Virus record (IMG/VR): IMGVR_UViG_3300047274_000223 | Reading direction: 5' to 3' (one strand) | DNA length: 64,000 nucleotides | Source: a virus | Shown here: piece by piece, positions 27,022-35,851 of the stretch | Numbering within the stretch: position 1 is the stretch's first letter | How the letters are laid out: each line of letters begins with the position of its first letter | Notes under the pieces: generated by a model | The model's input: only the letters and a program-made list of their open reading frames with translations | Database searches by the model: none | What the model was told of the DNA's origin: nothing | Program-made: the position numbers and the translations under genes

Positions 27022-29321
27022 GCAACGGCATCAAAGTAGAAAAAAGAAATGGTTCAATCGAGTCTATTGACATTGAAAAGATTCATGTCATGGTTGAACA
27101 TGCTTGTGATGGACTGAGTGGTGTGTCTGCTTCACAAGTAGAAATGAACGCAAACATTCAGTTTTATGATGGCATCAAAACTTCCGAAATCCAAGAGATC
27201 TTGGTACGATCAGCTAGTGATCTTATCTCTCTTGATAATCCAAATTATCAGTATGTTGCTGCTCGTCTTCTCCTTTTCGGTCTACGCAAGCATGTCTTTG
27301 GACAGAATTGGAAGGTAGAGTTCCCAAATATTCATGATCATCTTGTCGGTGGAGTTTCCCTAAACATCTATGATGCTGATCTTCTTTGGAAATACTCCAT
27401 GGAAGAGTGGGATAAGATCAACACCTGGATTGATCATGATCGTGACTTTCTGTTTACATATGCTGGATTGAGACAGGTTGTAGATAAATATCTTGTACAA
27501 GATCGCAGTAACAGTCAACTGTTTGAGACTCCTCAATACATGTATATGTTGATTGCTGCTACTTTGTTTGCTACTTATCCCCAAGAAACTCGTCTATCTT
27601 ATGTCAAACGATACTACGACGCAATCAGCAAACACAAAATCAACATTCCCACACCTATCATGGCGGGAGTGCGAACTCCACTTCGACAATTTGCTAGCTG
27701 TGTGCTTGTTGACAGCGATGACACCCTCGATAGTATCTTTACTAGTGATATGGCTATTGGCAGATACGTTGCACAAAGGGCGGGCATCGGTATCAACGCG
27801 GGTCGCATCCGTGGCATCAACAGCAAAATCAGAGGCGGAGAAGTTCAGCACACAGGCGTTGTCCCTTTCCTCAAAAAGTTTGAAGCAACTGTCAGATGCT
27901 GCACTCAAAATGGCATCCGAGGTGGATCAGCGACTGTCCACTTCCCCATCTGGCACCAAGAAATCGAAGACATCCTAGTACTAAAAAATAATAAAGGAAC
28001 CGAAGATAACCGAGTTCGTAAGTTAGACTACAGCATCCAGATCAGCAAACTCTTCTATGAACGATTCATCAAGAACGAGACCATTTCACTCTTCAGTCCA
28101 CATGACGTTCCTCAGCTTAGTGCTAATTTTGGGCTTGATGGATTTGACGATTTATATCTGGCTGCAGAACGAGATCAGTCTATTCCAAGAAAAACTATTG
28201 CTGCTCAAGAACTCCTTCTGGACCTCTTGAAAGAACGTGCAGAGACTGGTCGTTTGTATATTATGAACATTGACCATTGTAACTCACACTCTTCCTTTAA
28301 AGATAAGGTATGGATGAGTAACCTCTGTCAGGAGATTACCCTTCCCACCAAACCACTTCAGCATATCGACGACCCTATGGGTGAGATTGCTCTGTGTATT
28401 TTGTCTGCTATTAACGTAGGTAAGCTTCATAAACTAGATGAACTGGAAGAACTTTGTGATCTTGCTGTTCGTGGATTGGATGAATTGATTGATTATCAAG
28501 AATATCCTGTTCTTGCTGCAGAACTTTCTACTCTTAATCGTCGTTCACTTGGCATTGGTTTTATTGGCCTTGCTCACTATCTTGCTCGTCATGGTGAGCA
28601 CTATGATGATCCTGGTGCATGGAAACTAGTTCATGATCTTACTGAGGCATTCCAATACTATCTCCTGAAGGCATCTAATCAACTTGCTAAAGAGTATGGT
28701 CCTTGTGGATACTTTGATCGTACTAAGTATGCAGATGGAATTCTTCCAATCGATACATACAAGAAGGAGGTTGATGAAATTGTTCCTAACGAATTAAATT
28801 ATGATTGGGATAGTCTCAGGGAGTCTATTAAACAGTTCGGTCTCAGGAACTCAACATTGTCCGCACAAATGCCATCGGAGAGCAGTTCCGTTGTGTCAAA
28901 TGAAACAAACGGAATTGAACCACCTAGAGATTACTTGTCCGTTAAGAAATCGAAGAAGGGTCCGCTTAAGCAAATTGTTCCCCAGTACCAATCACTTAAG
29001 AACAATTACACGCTTCTGTGGGATATGCCTAGCAATACTGGTTATATTAACATTGTTGCAGTTATGCAGAAGTTCTTCGATCAAGCGATTTCTGGAAACT
29101 GGAGTTACAACCCAGAGAATTATGAAAATTCTGAAGTTCCTGTGTCAGTGATGGCAACTGACTTCCTCAATACATATAAGTACGGTTGGAAGACCAGCTA
29201 TTATCAAAATACATATGATGCTAAACGTGATCCCGATGAAGAAGTAAAGCAGAATGTTGACGACTTGGTGAATGATCTGCTACAATCGGATGAAGAGGAT
29301 TGTGATTCCTGCAAAATTTAA
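27018..29321 (+). CDS. nrdA: ribonucleotide reductase class Ia alpha subunit
   Basis: ATP cone; PTPIMAG; SCVL; SNLCQEI; C-terminal CDSCKI. Confidence 0.97.
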   Translation: MSNGIKVEKRNGSIESIDIEKIHVMVEHACDGLSGVSASQVEMNANIQFYDGIKTSEIQEILVRSASDLISLDNPNYQYVAARLLLFGLRKHVFGQNWKVEFPNIHDHLVGGVSLNIYDADLLWKYSMEEWDKINTWIDHDRDFLFTYAGLRQVVDKYLVQDRSNSQLFETPQYMYMLIAATLFATYPQETRLSYVKRYYDAISKHKINIPTPIMAGVRTPLRQFASCVLVDSDDTLDSIFTSDMAIGRYVAQRAGIGINAGRIRGINSKIRGGEVQHTGVVPFLKKFEATVRCCTQNGIRGGSATVHFPIWHQEIEDILVLKNNKGTEDNRVRKLDYSIQISKLFYERFIKNETISLFSPHDVPQLSANFGLDGFDDLYLAAERDQSIPRKTIAAQELLLDLLKERAETGRLYIMNIDHCNSHSSFKDKVWMSNLCQEITLPTKPLQHIDDPMGEIALCILSAINVGKLHKLDELEELCDLAVRGLDELIDYQEYPVLAAELSTLNRRSLGIGFIGLAHYLARHGEHYDDPGAWKLVHDLTEAFQYYLLKASNQLAKEYGPCGYFDRTKYADGILPIDTYKKEVDEIVPNELNYDWDSLRESIKQFGLRNSTLSAQMPSESSSVVSNETNGIEPPRDYLSVKKSKKGPLKQIVPQYQSLKNNYTLLWDMPSNTGYINIVAVMQKFFDQAISGNWSYNPENYENSEVPVSVMATDFLNTYKYGWKTSYYQNTYDAKRDPDEEVKQNVDDLVNDLLQSDEEDCDSCKI

Positions 29322-29331
29322 GGAGAAGTAA

Positions 29332-30474
29332 ATGGTAGAAGGTATGACAGTTTTTAACCCAGTTAAAACAGACACTAAAAAACAACCGATGTTCTTCGGT
29401 GCTCCTCTAGGAGTTCAAAGATACGATTCATACAAATACCCAGACTTCGATAAACTTACACAAGCACAATTAGGATACTTCTGGAGACCCGAGGAGGTCT
29501 CCCTTCAGAAGGATCGTGCCGACTATGCCACTCTTCGCCCTGAGCAAAAGCATATCTTTACTTCTAATCTGAAGTACCAGATCCTTTTGGATTCTGTGCA
29601 GGGTCGTGGGCCTGGTATGGCATTTATTCCTTATTGCTCACTTCCTGAGTTAGAAGCATGTATGGAAGTGTGGGGATTTATGGAGATGATTCATTCACGT
29701 TCGTACACTTATATTATTAAGAATGTGTACTCGGATCCTACTGAGGTATTCGATACTATTTTAGATGATGAAAAGATTTTAGAACGTGCTAAGAGTGTAA
29801 CTGCTGCTTATGATGAGTTTATTCAAGCAGCACAACAGTATGGCAATTCAAATGACTGGATTCTTGCTCAAGAAGGTGCAGGAACTTTTAGGGAGCAAAG
29901 GTATGAACTCAAGAGAAAACTATATCGAGCGATTGCTAACGTTAATATCCTCGAAGGAATTCGGTTCTACGTATCGTTTGCCTGCTCTTTCGCTTTTGGT
30001 GAACTTAAACTCATGGAAGGAAGTGCCAAAATCATTTCCCTCATCGCCAGAGACGAATCCCAACATTTAGTTTTGACACAAAAAATCCTAAATAAATGGG
30101 CAGCTGGTGATGATCCAGATATGGTTCGTATTGCTGAGGAAGAGAAAGAAAATATTATTCGGATGTTTAAAGAGACTGTAGAACAAGAAAAGTCTTGGGC
30201 AGAGTATCTGTTTAAAGATGGTTCTATGATTGGTTTGAATACAAAACTTCTTTCGCAATATGTGGAGTGGGTCGCTAATCGTCGCCTAAAATCGATTGGT
30301 CTGAATCCAATCTATGATATTCCAGCAAAAAATAATCCTCTTCCCTGGACTGAGCACTGGTTGAATTCTAAGTCAATGCAGAATGCTCCCCAGGAAACCG
30401 AAATTGAATCATATGTTATCGGAGGAATTAAACAAGACGTAACTAAAAACACATTCGCAGGTTTTCAATTATGA
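29332..30474 (+). CDS. nrdB: ribonucleotide reductase class Ia beta subunit
   Basis: FWRPEEV, DSVQGR, EMIHSRSY, EGIRFY, RDESQH. Confidence 0.97.
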   Translation: MVEGMTVFNPVKTDTKKQPMFFGAPLGVQRYDSYKYPDFDKLTQAQLGYFWRPEEVSLQKDRADYATLRPEQKHIFTSNLKYQILLDSVQGRGPGMAFIPYCSLPELEACMEVWGFMEMIHSRSYTYIIKNVYSDPTEVFDTILDDEKILERAKSVTAAYDEFIQAAQQYGNSNDWILAQEGAGTFREQRYELKRKLYRAIANVNILEGIRFYVSFACSFAFGELKLMEGSAKIISLIARDESQHLVLTQKILNKWAAGDDPDMVRIAEEEKENIIRMFKETVEQEKSWAEYLFKDGSMIGLNTKLLSQYVEWVANRRLKSIGLNPIYDIPAKNNPLPWTEHWLNSKSMQNAPQETEIESYVIGGIKQDVTKNTFAGFQL

Positions 30475-31865
30475 CTTTACCAGCATCAGGATTAAAATTA
30501 ATCAAAGAGTTTGAAGGGTGCAGATTAACTGCTTATCCCGATCCTCTTTCTGGAGGTAAACCATATACATGTGGTTGGGGTTCCACTCGTAAGAGGGATG
30601 GATCCCCTTTTTCCTTAGGTGAAACTATCTCTCAGGTAGAGGCTGACTCACTCTTAGAGGAAGAATGCGAAAAGCATTTCCTTCCATCACTCACTAAAGT
30701 TCCATATTGGAACGAGATGTCTCCTGAGCAACAGGGGGCACTTTTGTCGTTTGCATATAACCTAGGAGCAGGATTCGTTGGAGATCGTTCTAACTTCAAC
30801 TCAATCAACACTGCTCTAGAGTCAAAAGCAAACTGGGTCAATGTACCAGCAGCACTCTATAAGTACCGCAACCCAGGATCGTCCGTAGAGGCAGGTCTAG
30901 CACGTCGTAGGACTGCTGAGGGTGATCTATGGAAGAAGGGCATGGCAGGTGGTTCTGCTGCCCCTGCAGCTGCTCCTGCTGCCCCTGCAGCACCAGTACA
31001 GACTGTTCCACCATCCAAGGTTCTTATCAACTTCTTTAAGTTCTATGATGAGAACAACGACAACCATGTTGCAGCAGTAGAACTACTTGAGGCATCGATT
31101 CCTGAGCACCTCAATCAGGATTCACCTTGGGTTGTAACCTATCGTGGTGGTAATGCTACTGGTGGCAAGCCCGATCTACACAAGTTCTTTGAGTTCTTCT
31201 CCGAGAGAAATTCAAATCATCTAACTGCTGTTGCTCAACTAGAAGCAGCAATGAAAGTTACTGATCCAGATTGTCTCGTTGATGACGGCGCTGGTGGTGC
31301 TATTGATTCTGCCTGGATTGAAAAGTATCGTAGCAAACCACCCATTCCACCTGTTCTTCCTGTACCATACTTCAATCAGGTGGACAACTACAGAGACGCA
31401 CATAGAACTTGCAACAGTTCCTCTTGTGCTATGTGTCTAGAGTTCCTCAAGCCTGGTACTCTATCAGGTCCTAAGGGAGACGATGCATATGTTACGAAGG
31501 TATTCCAGATCGGTGATACAACTGATCACGCAGTTCAGACGAAGGTTCTTGCGTCATATGGAGTCAAGTCCCATTTCTCATATAATCTATCCTTTGCTGA
31601 TCTGGATAAGTCCCTTGCTCGTGGTAAGCCCGTGGTTATTGGCATTCTCCACAGGGGTTCTCTTAGTGCTCCTACTGGTGGACACATGTGTGTAGTCATC
31701 GGTAAGAAGGGTGATGGATATGTCGTAAATGATCCATATGGTTCATGTAACGATAACTATACTGGTCCTGTAACCAACGGTAAGGGCACAGTATACAGCA
31801 GAGCAATGCTCAAGGCACGTTGGTGTCCTGGTGGCAATGATGGTTGGGGTCGTATTTTTGATTAA
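30471..31865 (+). CDS. endolysin: GH24 lysozyme + helical repeats + C39-like peptidase
   Basis: LIKEFEG..AYPD..TCGWG; QVDN..TCNSSSCAM..GGHMCV..NDPYG. Confidence 0.85.
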   Translation: MTLPASGLKLIKEFEGCRLTAYPDPLSGGKPYTCGWGSTRKRDGSPFSLGETISQVEADSLLEEECEKHFLPSLTKVPYWNEMSPEQQGALLSFAYNLGAGFVGDRSNFNSINTALESKANWVNVPAALYKYRNPGSSVEAGLARRRTAEGDLWKKGMAGGSAAPAAAPAAPAAPVQTVPPSKVLINFFKFYDENNDNHVAAVELLEASIPEHLNQDSPWVVTYRGGNATGGKPDLHKFFEFFSERNSNHLTAVAQLEAAMKVTDPDCLVDDGAGGAIDSAWIEKYRSKPPIPPVLPVPYFNQVDNYRDAHRTCNSSSCAMCLEFLKPGTLSGPKGDDAYVTKVFQIGDTTDHAVQTKVLASYGVKSHFSYNLSFADLDKSLARGKPVVIGILHRGSLSAPTGGHMCVVIGKKGDGYVVNDPYGSCNDNYTGPVTNGKGTVYSRAMLKARWCPGGNDGWGRIFD

Positions 31866-31871
31866 TTTACT

Positions 31872-32267
31872 ATGAAAAACTTTATTTTGGTTACATTATT
31901 ATTTCTACCGTTACCTGCATTTTCCCAGCAGGTAACAGATTTTGATGTTTGTACAAGGAACCGAGAGGTATATGTACCTGGACATTATGATCGCTACGGT
32001 CGTTATGTTCAAGGTCATGTGAAAACTGATACCTATCGTGTTCCTTGTGGATCTGTAAGTACTTGGCCACCAGAACCTGTTGGGTCTGCAGAACCTCATC
32101 CAGTACCCCCTAGGACCCGTTCTAGGGTTTATTGTGATCCTGCTAGGACACTCTTGGGGATGACAGCCGGAGGCGGTGCGGCCGCCGCTATGAGCAGGGG
32201 TGATGGATACAAGTGGTCTGTTCCACTTGGAGCTGTCATTGGTGGCGTTGCATTTGGATGTAACTAA
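31872..32267 (+). CDS. exported protein with C-terminal glycine zipper
   Basis: Signal peptide; GMTAGGGAAAAM..LGAVIGGVAFGC. Confidence 0.65.
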   Translation: MKNFILVTLLFLPLPAFSQQVTDFDVCTRNREVYVPGHYDRYGRYVQGHVKTDTYRVPCGSVSTWPPEPVGSAEPHPVPPRTRSRVYCDPARTLLGMTAGGGAAAAMSRGDGYKWSVPLGAVIGGVAFGCN

Positions 32268-32288
32268 ATAGTTTATATCGTCGGCGCA

Positions 32289-32328
32289 GGTTGTCAGGTG
32301 ACAAAGACCACTTGACAACCCCTTTTTT
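32289..32328 (+). terminator. intrinsic terminator whose 3' arm contains a -35 box
   Basis: GGTTGTCAgGTG-acaaagac-CACtTGACAACC-ccTTTTTTT. Confidence 0.65.
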
Positions 32329-32340
32329 TGCCTGTACAAT
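32312..32340 (+). promoter_or_regulatory. sigma70-type promoter
   Basis: TTGACA-N17-TACAAT. Confidence 0.75.
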
Positions 32341-32361
32341 AACTCTGTAAGGGTTCAAGAC

Positions 32362-32544
32362 ATGCTCTATAGAATTACTAAAGGACTTAAGGACAAATTG
32401 TATGCAAGACTGGAAAGAACTTTGTTTATCGAGAGAGAAACTGACAGACAAATACAAAGATGTATTGATCAACGGGCCAAAGAGTCTCAGTCAAGCATGG
32501 TTTCTTCAAGCAATGAAACTAAAATACCAGACCCATGGTTCTAA
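32362..32544 (+). CDS. hypothetical protein
   Basis: 60 codons directly after the promoter. Confidence 0.55.
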   Translation: MLYRITKGLKDKLYARLERTLFIERETDRQIQRCIDQRAKESQSSMVSSSNETKIPDPWF

Positions 32545-32572
32545 TAAATAACAACGGTTCACAAGGAGGCAT

Positions 32573-32731
32573 ATGAGTAAAGAACCAGTTCATCATGTAT
32601 ACGATTCTGCTAATCATGTACTAGCACATAATTTAACAACAGAAGAATTAGAAGATAAATTAAAAGATATTAATCAGGAATACGAAGTACTAACATTAGA
32701 TCCTCCCAATTATAAGGATGCTAGTTACTAA
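32573..32731 (+). CDS. 52-aa hypothetical protein
   Basis: AAGGAGG RBS; MSKEPVHHVYDSANHVL... Confidence 0.6.
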   Translation: MSKEPVHHVYDSANHVLAHNLTTEELEDKLKDINQEYEVLTLDPPNYKDASY

Positions 32732-32760
32732 CTAAATACCTCCATGACGGAGGTTTTTTA
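32732..32760 (+). terminator. late promoter CTAAATA fused to the 5' arm of a terminator hairpin
   Basis: CTAAAT-ACCTCC-atgac-GGAGGT-TTTTT. Confidence 0.6.
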
Positions 32761-32762
32761 TT

Positions 32763-33101
32763 ATGCGTCCACAATCGGCAAAAGCAAAAGGTCGTAGATT
32801 ACAGCAATGGGTAAGGGATCAACTTATCGAACATCTTGAGGTTCATCCTGAAGATATTGAATCTAGAAGCATGGGTGCTGGAGGAGAAGATCTAATCATG
32901 GCTCGTGCTGCTAGACAAAAGTTCCCACATAGTATAGAATGCAAGAACGTTGAAAAACTAAACGTATGGGATGCATACGATCAAGCAGCAACAAACTGCG
33001 GTGACTATGAACCCATTGTCGTTATGAAAAAGAACGGCAAAAAACCCCTGGTAGTTGTAGACGCAGAGTACTACATTAAATTGCATTCTCAGGGGGGTTG
33101 A
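32763..33101 (+). CDS. PD-(D/E)XK endonuclease / Holliday-junction-resolvase-like
   Basis: SAKAKGR..GEDL..SIECKN. Confidence 0.75.
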   Translation: MRPQSAKAKGRRLQQWVRDQLIEHLEVHPEDIESRSMGAGGEDLIMARAARQKFPHSIECKNVEKLNVWDAYDQAATNCGDYEPIVVMKKNGKKPLVVVDAEYYIKLHSQGG

Positions 33102-33131
33102 CAGGGCAGGGTCGTCCTGCTATACTAAATA
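33098..33131 (+). promoter_or_regulatory. sigma70 promoter with overlapping late promoter
   Basis: TTGACA-N17-TATACT followed by CTAAATA. Confidence 0.8.
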
Positions 33132-33152
33132 AGTCAAGCAAAGGAGGTTCCG

Positions 33153-33308
33153 ATGATCGCTTACGATTCCTATGACGATTCTAACGTTGTAGATATGACG
33201 GTTGAAGCACTCATCGATCAACTTCATTCACTTGCGAGTGAAGGCAAGATTGTTGAGGCAAAGAAAATTGCAGATCAAATTAAGGTCTTGCAAAAATCTG
33301 CCGCTTGA
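33153..33308 (+). CDS. 51-aa hypothetical protein
   Basis: AGGAGG RBS; MIAYDSYDDSNVVDMTVEALIDQLH... Confidence 0.65.
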   Translation: MIAYDSYDDSNVVDMTVEALIDQLHSLASEGKIVEAKKIADQIKVLQKSAA

Positions 33309-33316
33309 TGTAGAAT

Positions 33317-33390
33317 GTCTCAGTAGCTCAGATGGATAGAGCATCTGCCTTCTAAGCAGTTGGTCGGGGGTTCGAGTCCCTCCTGAGACG
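33317..33390 (+). tRNA. tRNA-Arg(TCT)
   Basis: Cloverleaf; anticodon loop CTTCTAA; GTTCGAG T-loop. Confidence 0.92.
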
Positions 33391-33409
33391 CCTTATTGAA
33401 CTATTCGTT

Positions 33410-33655
33410 ATGAAAAAACCTACTGTTATTATGGAGCGGTTTCCTTACCGCTATATTCAAGTTGGAATGCTTGAGATCAATGGCAAACCCGATTGCCGTA
33501 TTCAAAAAGTTGATTCCTACACTGGACGTTACCGAGATATGTATCTCTGTGACAATGAATCTCAAATGCTCCTAGCAATAGAAGACTTTGAGTATACTAA
33601 ATGGTTGGATCCAGACACGGTTCCATGTTATGTAAAAGGAGACGACGATGATTGA
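33410..33655 (+). CDS. conserved cyanophage hypothetical protein
   Basis: ERFPYRYIQVG..NGKPDCRIQK..YRDMYLCDN. Confidence 0.75.
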   Translation: MKKPTVIMERFPYRYIQVGMLEINGKPDCRIQKVDSYTGRYRDMYLCDNESQMLLAIEDFEYTKWLDPDTVPCYVKGDDDD

Positions 33656-33941
33656 CACAGTGAAATATCAATTAGAACGTGCTGAAGATGCACTTCGAAC
33701 AGCAATGAAACTGGGAGCAGAAACAGAAGATCCTTATCTTCTTAAAAATATTGCAGAAGTAATTAATACAATTAGTGGGTGGCAAAATAGTTATAGATAT
33801 AATGTAACTAAATTAACTACAGATGAGGGAATTAAATTTGATTTCACTTCCACTCAATATGGACTAGATGAGCTGCCTTACAGTTATATTTCTAGTGGAG
33901 TAAGAGGTGGAATGAGTGATGATATCATCACTTTCAGTTAG
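33648..33941 (+). CDS. hypothetical protein
   Basis: AAAGGAG RBS, 97 codons. Confidence 0.65.
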   Translation: MIDTVKYQLERAEDALRTAMKLGAETEDPYLLKNIAEVINTISGWQNSYRYNVTKLTTDEGIKFDFTSTQYGLDELPYSYISSGVRGGMSDDIITFS

Positions 33942-34155
33942 TCACGGAAAGACTTAAAAAGTACTGGTGGAGTCAATGACCCAAACTGTCTCGGGATGAC
34001 ATTAAAAGCGCCCTGGTCGGGTGATCCCCCTTCACGAGTTTCCAGTTTCTCTCAAAAACTGGTGGTGCGGATGGGGTAACTCCCGCCGAGATTCCTATTT
34101 ACTCGATAATTAAATAGGTGGCGTGCATGTGCTCGGGAGGATTGACCTCCTCCCA
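33940..34155 (+). ncRNA. large structured cyanophage RNA resembling the manA RNA motif (3' part could be called wcaG-like)
   Basis: Non-coding, GC-rich, multiple hairpins; GTCACGGAAAGAC..CTGGTGGAGTCA..GGTGGTGCGGATGGG..CCCGCC..GGTGGCGTGC recalled from these motifs. Confidence 0.5.
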
Positions 34156-34158
34156 CAA

Positions 34159-34240
34159 GTCGGTATGGCGGAATTGGTAGACGCGCTGGGTTTAGGTTCC
34201 AGTGAAGTAATTCGTGGAGGTTCAAGTCCTCTTACCGACA
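34159..34240 (+). tRNA. tRNA-Leu(TAG)
   Basis: Long variable arm; loop TTTAGGT; GTTCAAG. Confidence 0.9.
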
Positions 34241-34370
34241 TTGGTAGTCCTTAGCGATTAACTAAGTAGACGCCAAATGTAGGTGCCAAAACCGCTCCTC
34301 ATCCCTAGTATTCTGTGGGTGAGTGAATGTAAAGAGTGGGGACATAGGTAAAGTCCCCAACACCTACCAC
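34241..34370 (+). ncRNA. unassigned structured RNA between tRNAs
   Basis: CTTAG/CTAAG, GTAGGTG/CACCTAC, CTCATCC/GGGTGAG and TGGGGAC/GTCCCCA stems. Confidence 0.45.
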
Positions 34371-34373
34371 AAT

Positions 34374-34445
34374 CCTCTGTTAGTCTATTGGTAAAGACGG
34401 GTGGACAACACACATAGAAACTGGGTTCGATTCCCAGCCAGAGGT
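34374..34445 (+). ncRNA. tRNA-like element with atypical anticodon arm (CAA)
   Basis: CCTCTG/CAGAGG acceptor, GTCT/AGAC D arm, CTGGG-TTCGATT-CCCAG T arm; loop GACAACA lacks U33. Confidence 0.6.
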
Positions 34446-34494
34446 AAATAACACCCCCTATGCCTCTCAACGATGCACAAACCTGGGGGTCACT

Positions 34495-34566
34495 GCGGAG
34501 TTAGTTCAGCGGTAGAACGCTATCCTTCCAAGTTAGATGTCGTCGGTTCGATTCCGATACTCCGCT
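34495..34566 (+). tRNA. tRNA-Gly(TCC)
   Basis: Cloverleaf; loop CTTCCAA. Confidence 0.9.
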
Positions 34567-34588
34567 CTTATCCATTGAGGATAAATTT

Positions 34589-34744
34589 ATGTCACTTATT
34601 TCAAAAGCAGACAGAGACTTGGCACTGGAAGCACTTGATTTTTATCTTTTTAATAAACAGCATGATCTCACTGACGAAAAAAGAATGGAACTCAATGCCC
34701 TTGCCAACTGGATCAGATTGGAAAATTTCAAACATGAAAATTAA
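34589..34744 (+). CDS. 51-aa hypothetical protein
   Basis: GAGG RBS; MSLISKADRDLALEALDFY... Confidence 0.65.
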   Translation: MSLISKADRDLALEALDFYLFNKQHDLTDEKRMELNALANWIRLENFKHEN

Positions 34745-34904
34745 TCTATGGTATTGTACTCATATGCAACAGTGGAGATGGACACTTATAGATGATCATC
34801 GCCCTGTAGTTCGTCAAGAAAGTGGTCAACAACCACACTTGCGTGATGCTATGAATGATATTGCTAATACTGTAGAATACATGATGGACTGTAGACAGTC
34901 CTGA
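34734..34904 (+). CDS. 56-aa conserved hypothetical protein
   Basis: MKINLWYCTHMQQWRWTL..QESG..LRDAMNDIANTVEY. Confidence 0.7.
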   Translation: MKINLWYCTHMQQWRWTLIDDHRPVVRQESGQQPHLRDAMNDIANTVEYMMDCRQS

Positions 34905-34910
34905 TTTTAT

Positions 34911-34982
34911 TGCCTAGTAGCTCAGCGGTAGAGCTATCGACTGTTAATCGATTGGTCCCTGGTTCGATCCCAGGCTGGGCAG
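34911..34982 (+). tRNA. tRNA-Asn(GTT)
   Basis: ATCGA-CTGTTAA-TCGAT anticodon arm. Confidence 0.92.
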
Positions 34983-35002
34983 TTTTTATAGAGGAGGTCA
35001 GC

Positions 35003-35197
35003 ATGTACGAACATCAAACGGATTTTGAGGTTGTTCTGCTTGACTTCGGTAAGAAAGTCGAGTATATTCTTGCTGCAGAGATGGCAGGCAAGACCAATGC
35101 TGATGATGCTTACAAACAAATCAAAGAATTATTTGAGCATGTTAAGAAGTTTCGTAAGAAAGAAAAGAAACAAGACCATCCCCTTGACTTTGATTAG
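35003..35197 (+). CDS. conserved hypothetical protein
   Basis: GGAGG RBS; MYEHQTDFEVVLLDFGKKVEYI. Confidence 0.7.
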   Translation: MYEHQTDFEVVLLDFGKKVEYILAAEMAGKTNADDAYKQIKELFEHVKKFRKKEKKQDHPLDFD

Positions 35198-35321
35198 ACA
35201 ATGTTCCAAGTGTGAGATCGAGAAACCTCTTGACAGCGACCACTACCAGGTGGTAAGATCGTTCCGTAGTGGGTTTTCCTACTATTGTAATGAGTGTAAC
35301 AAACCCAAACCCAGAGACTAA
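35190..35321 (+). CDS. small CxxC..CxxC zinc-finger protein (start uncertain)
   Basis: CSKC..YYCNEC. Confidence 0.55.
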   Translation: MIRQCSKCEIEKPLDSDHYQVVRSFRSGFSYYCNECNKPKPRD

Positions 35322-35323
35322 CT

Positions 35324-35578
35324 ATGATTCGCGTGAAAATTGATCTTGAACCATATGGTATGACCATTGGTGGTAAACAACTTGCAGAGATTCGTATTTG
35401 GAATTCTACTGGTAGAGGATATACCAGCAAGCATAATTATGAATATGAAATGATGGAACCAAATCCTCTTGCAGGCGATCCTGTCATGTGCCGTGGTAGT
35501 ATTAGCGGATACGATAGAAAGCAACCAGTTTTAAATCTTGTCATGGAAGCCTTACAGGATGCACTTGACAAACCGTAA
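35324..35578 (+). CDS. hypothetical protein
   Basis: 84-codon ORF. Confidence 0.6.
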   Translation: MIRVKIDLEPYGMTIGGKQLAEIRIWNSTGRGYTSKHNYEYEMMEPNPLAGDPVMCRGSISGYDRKQPVLNLVMEALQDALDKP

Positions 35579-35593
35579 TATTTCCTATATACT
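35565..35593 (+). promoter_or_regulatory. sigma70 promoter of hli cluster
   Basis: TTGACA-N17-TATACT. Confidence 0.8.
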
Positions 35594-35619
35594 ATTGTTG
35601 TAATTCTTTACAAATCTAG

Positions 35620-35823
35620 ATGACTGTTACAAGCAACGAATTTGGTCAACAAAATATGTGGGCGAAAGAGCCTGAAATGGTTTACCAAGAATACTCACGC
35701 AAGGGTCTATTGACTCCTATGCAAATGACGGAGATGTACAATGGACGCTGGGCTATGGTCGGCATTATTGCTGGGCTCGTTTCTTATCTTGGCACTGGTA
35801 AACTCTTCTTCGGAATCTTCTGA
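35620..35823 (+). CDS. hli: high-light-inducible protein
   Basis: EMYNGRWAMVG chlorophyll-binding motif; GKLFFGIF. Confidence 0.9.
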   Translation: MTVTSNEFGQQNMWAKEPEMVYQEYSRKGLLTPMQMTEMYNGRWAMVGIIAGLVSYLGTGKLFFGIF

Positions 35824-35851
35824 TTAACTTATTACTTAAAGGAGAACTATT

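Noticed and set aside
33288-33316. TTGCAA-N17-TAGAAT before tRNA-Arg
   Set aside because: The -10 box abuts base 1 of the tRNA, so it could not transcribe the intact tRNA; the promoter at 33098 suffices.
34473-34904. 143-aa ORF in the track
   Set aside because: Runs through tRNA-Gly; only the part from ATG 34734 is credible.
35599-35612. TGTA-N6-TACA palindrome as an NtcA site
   Set aside because: Spacer is too short for GTA-N8-TAC; treated instead as part of an HLR1-like repeat.
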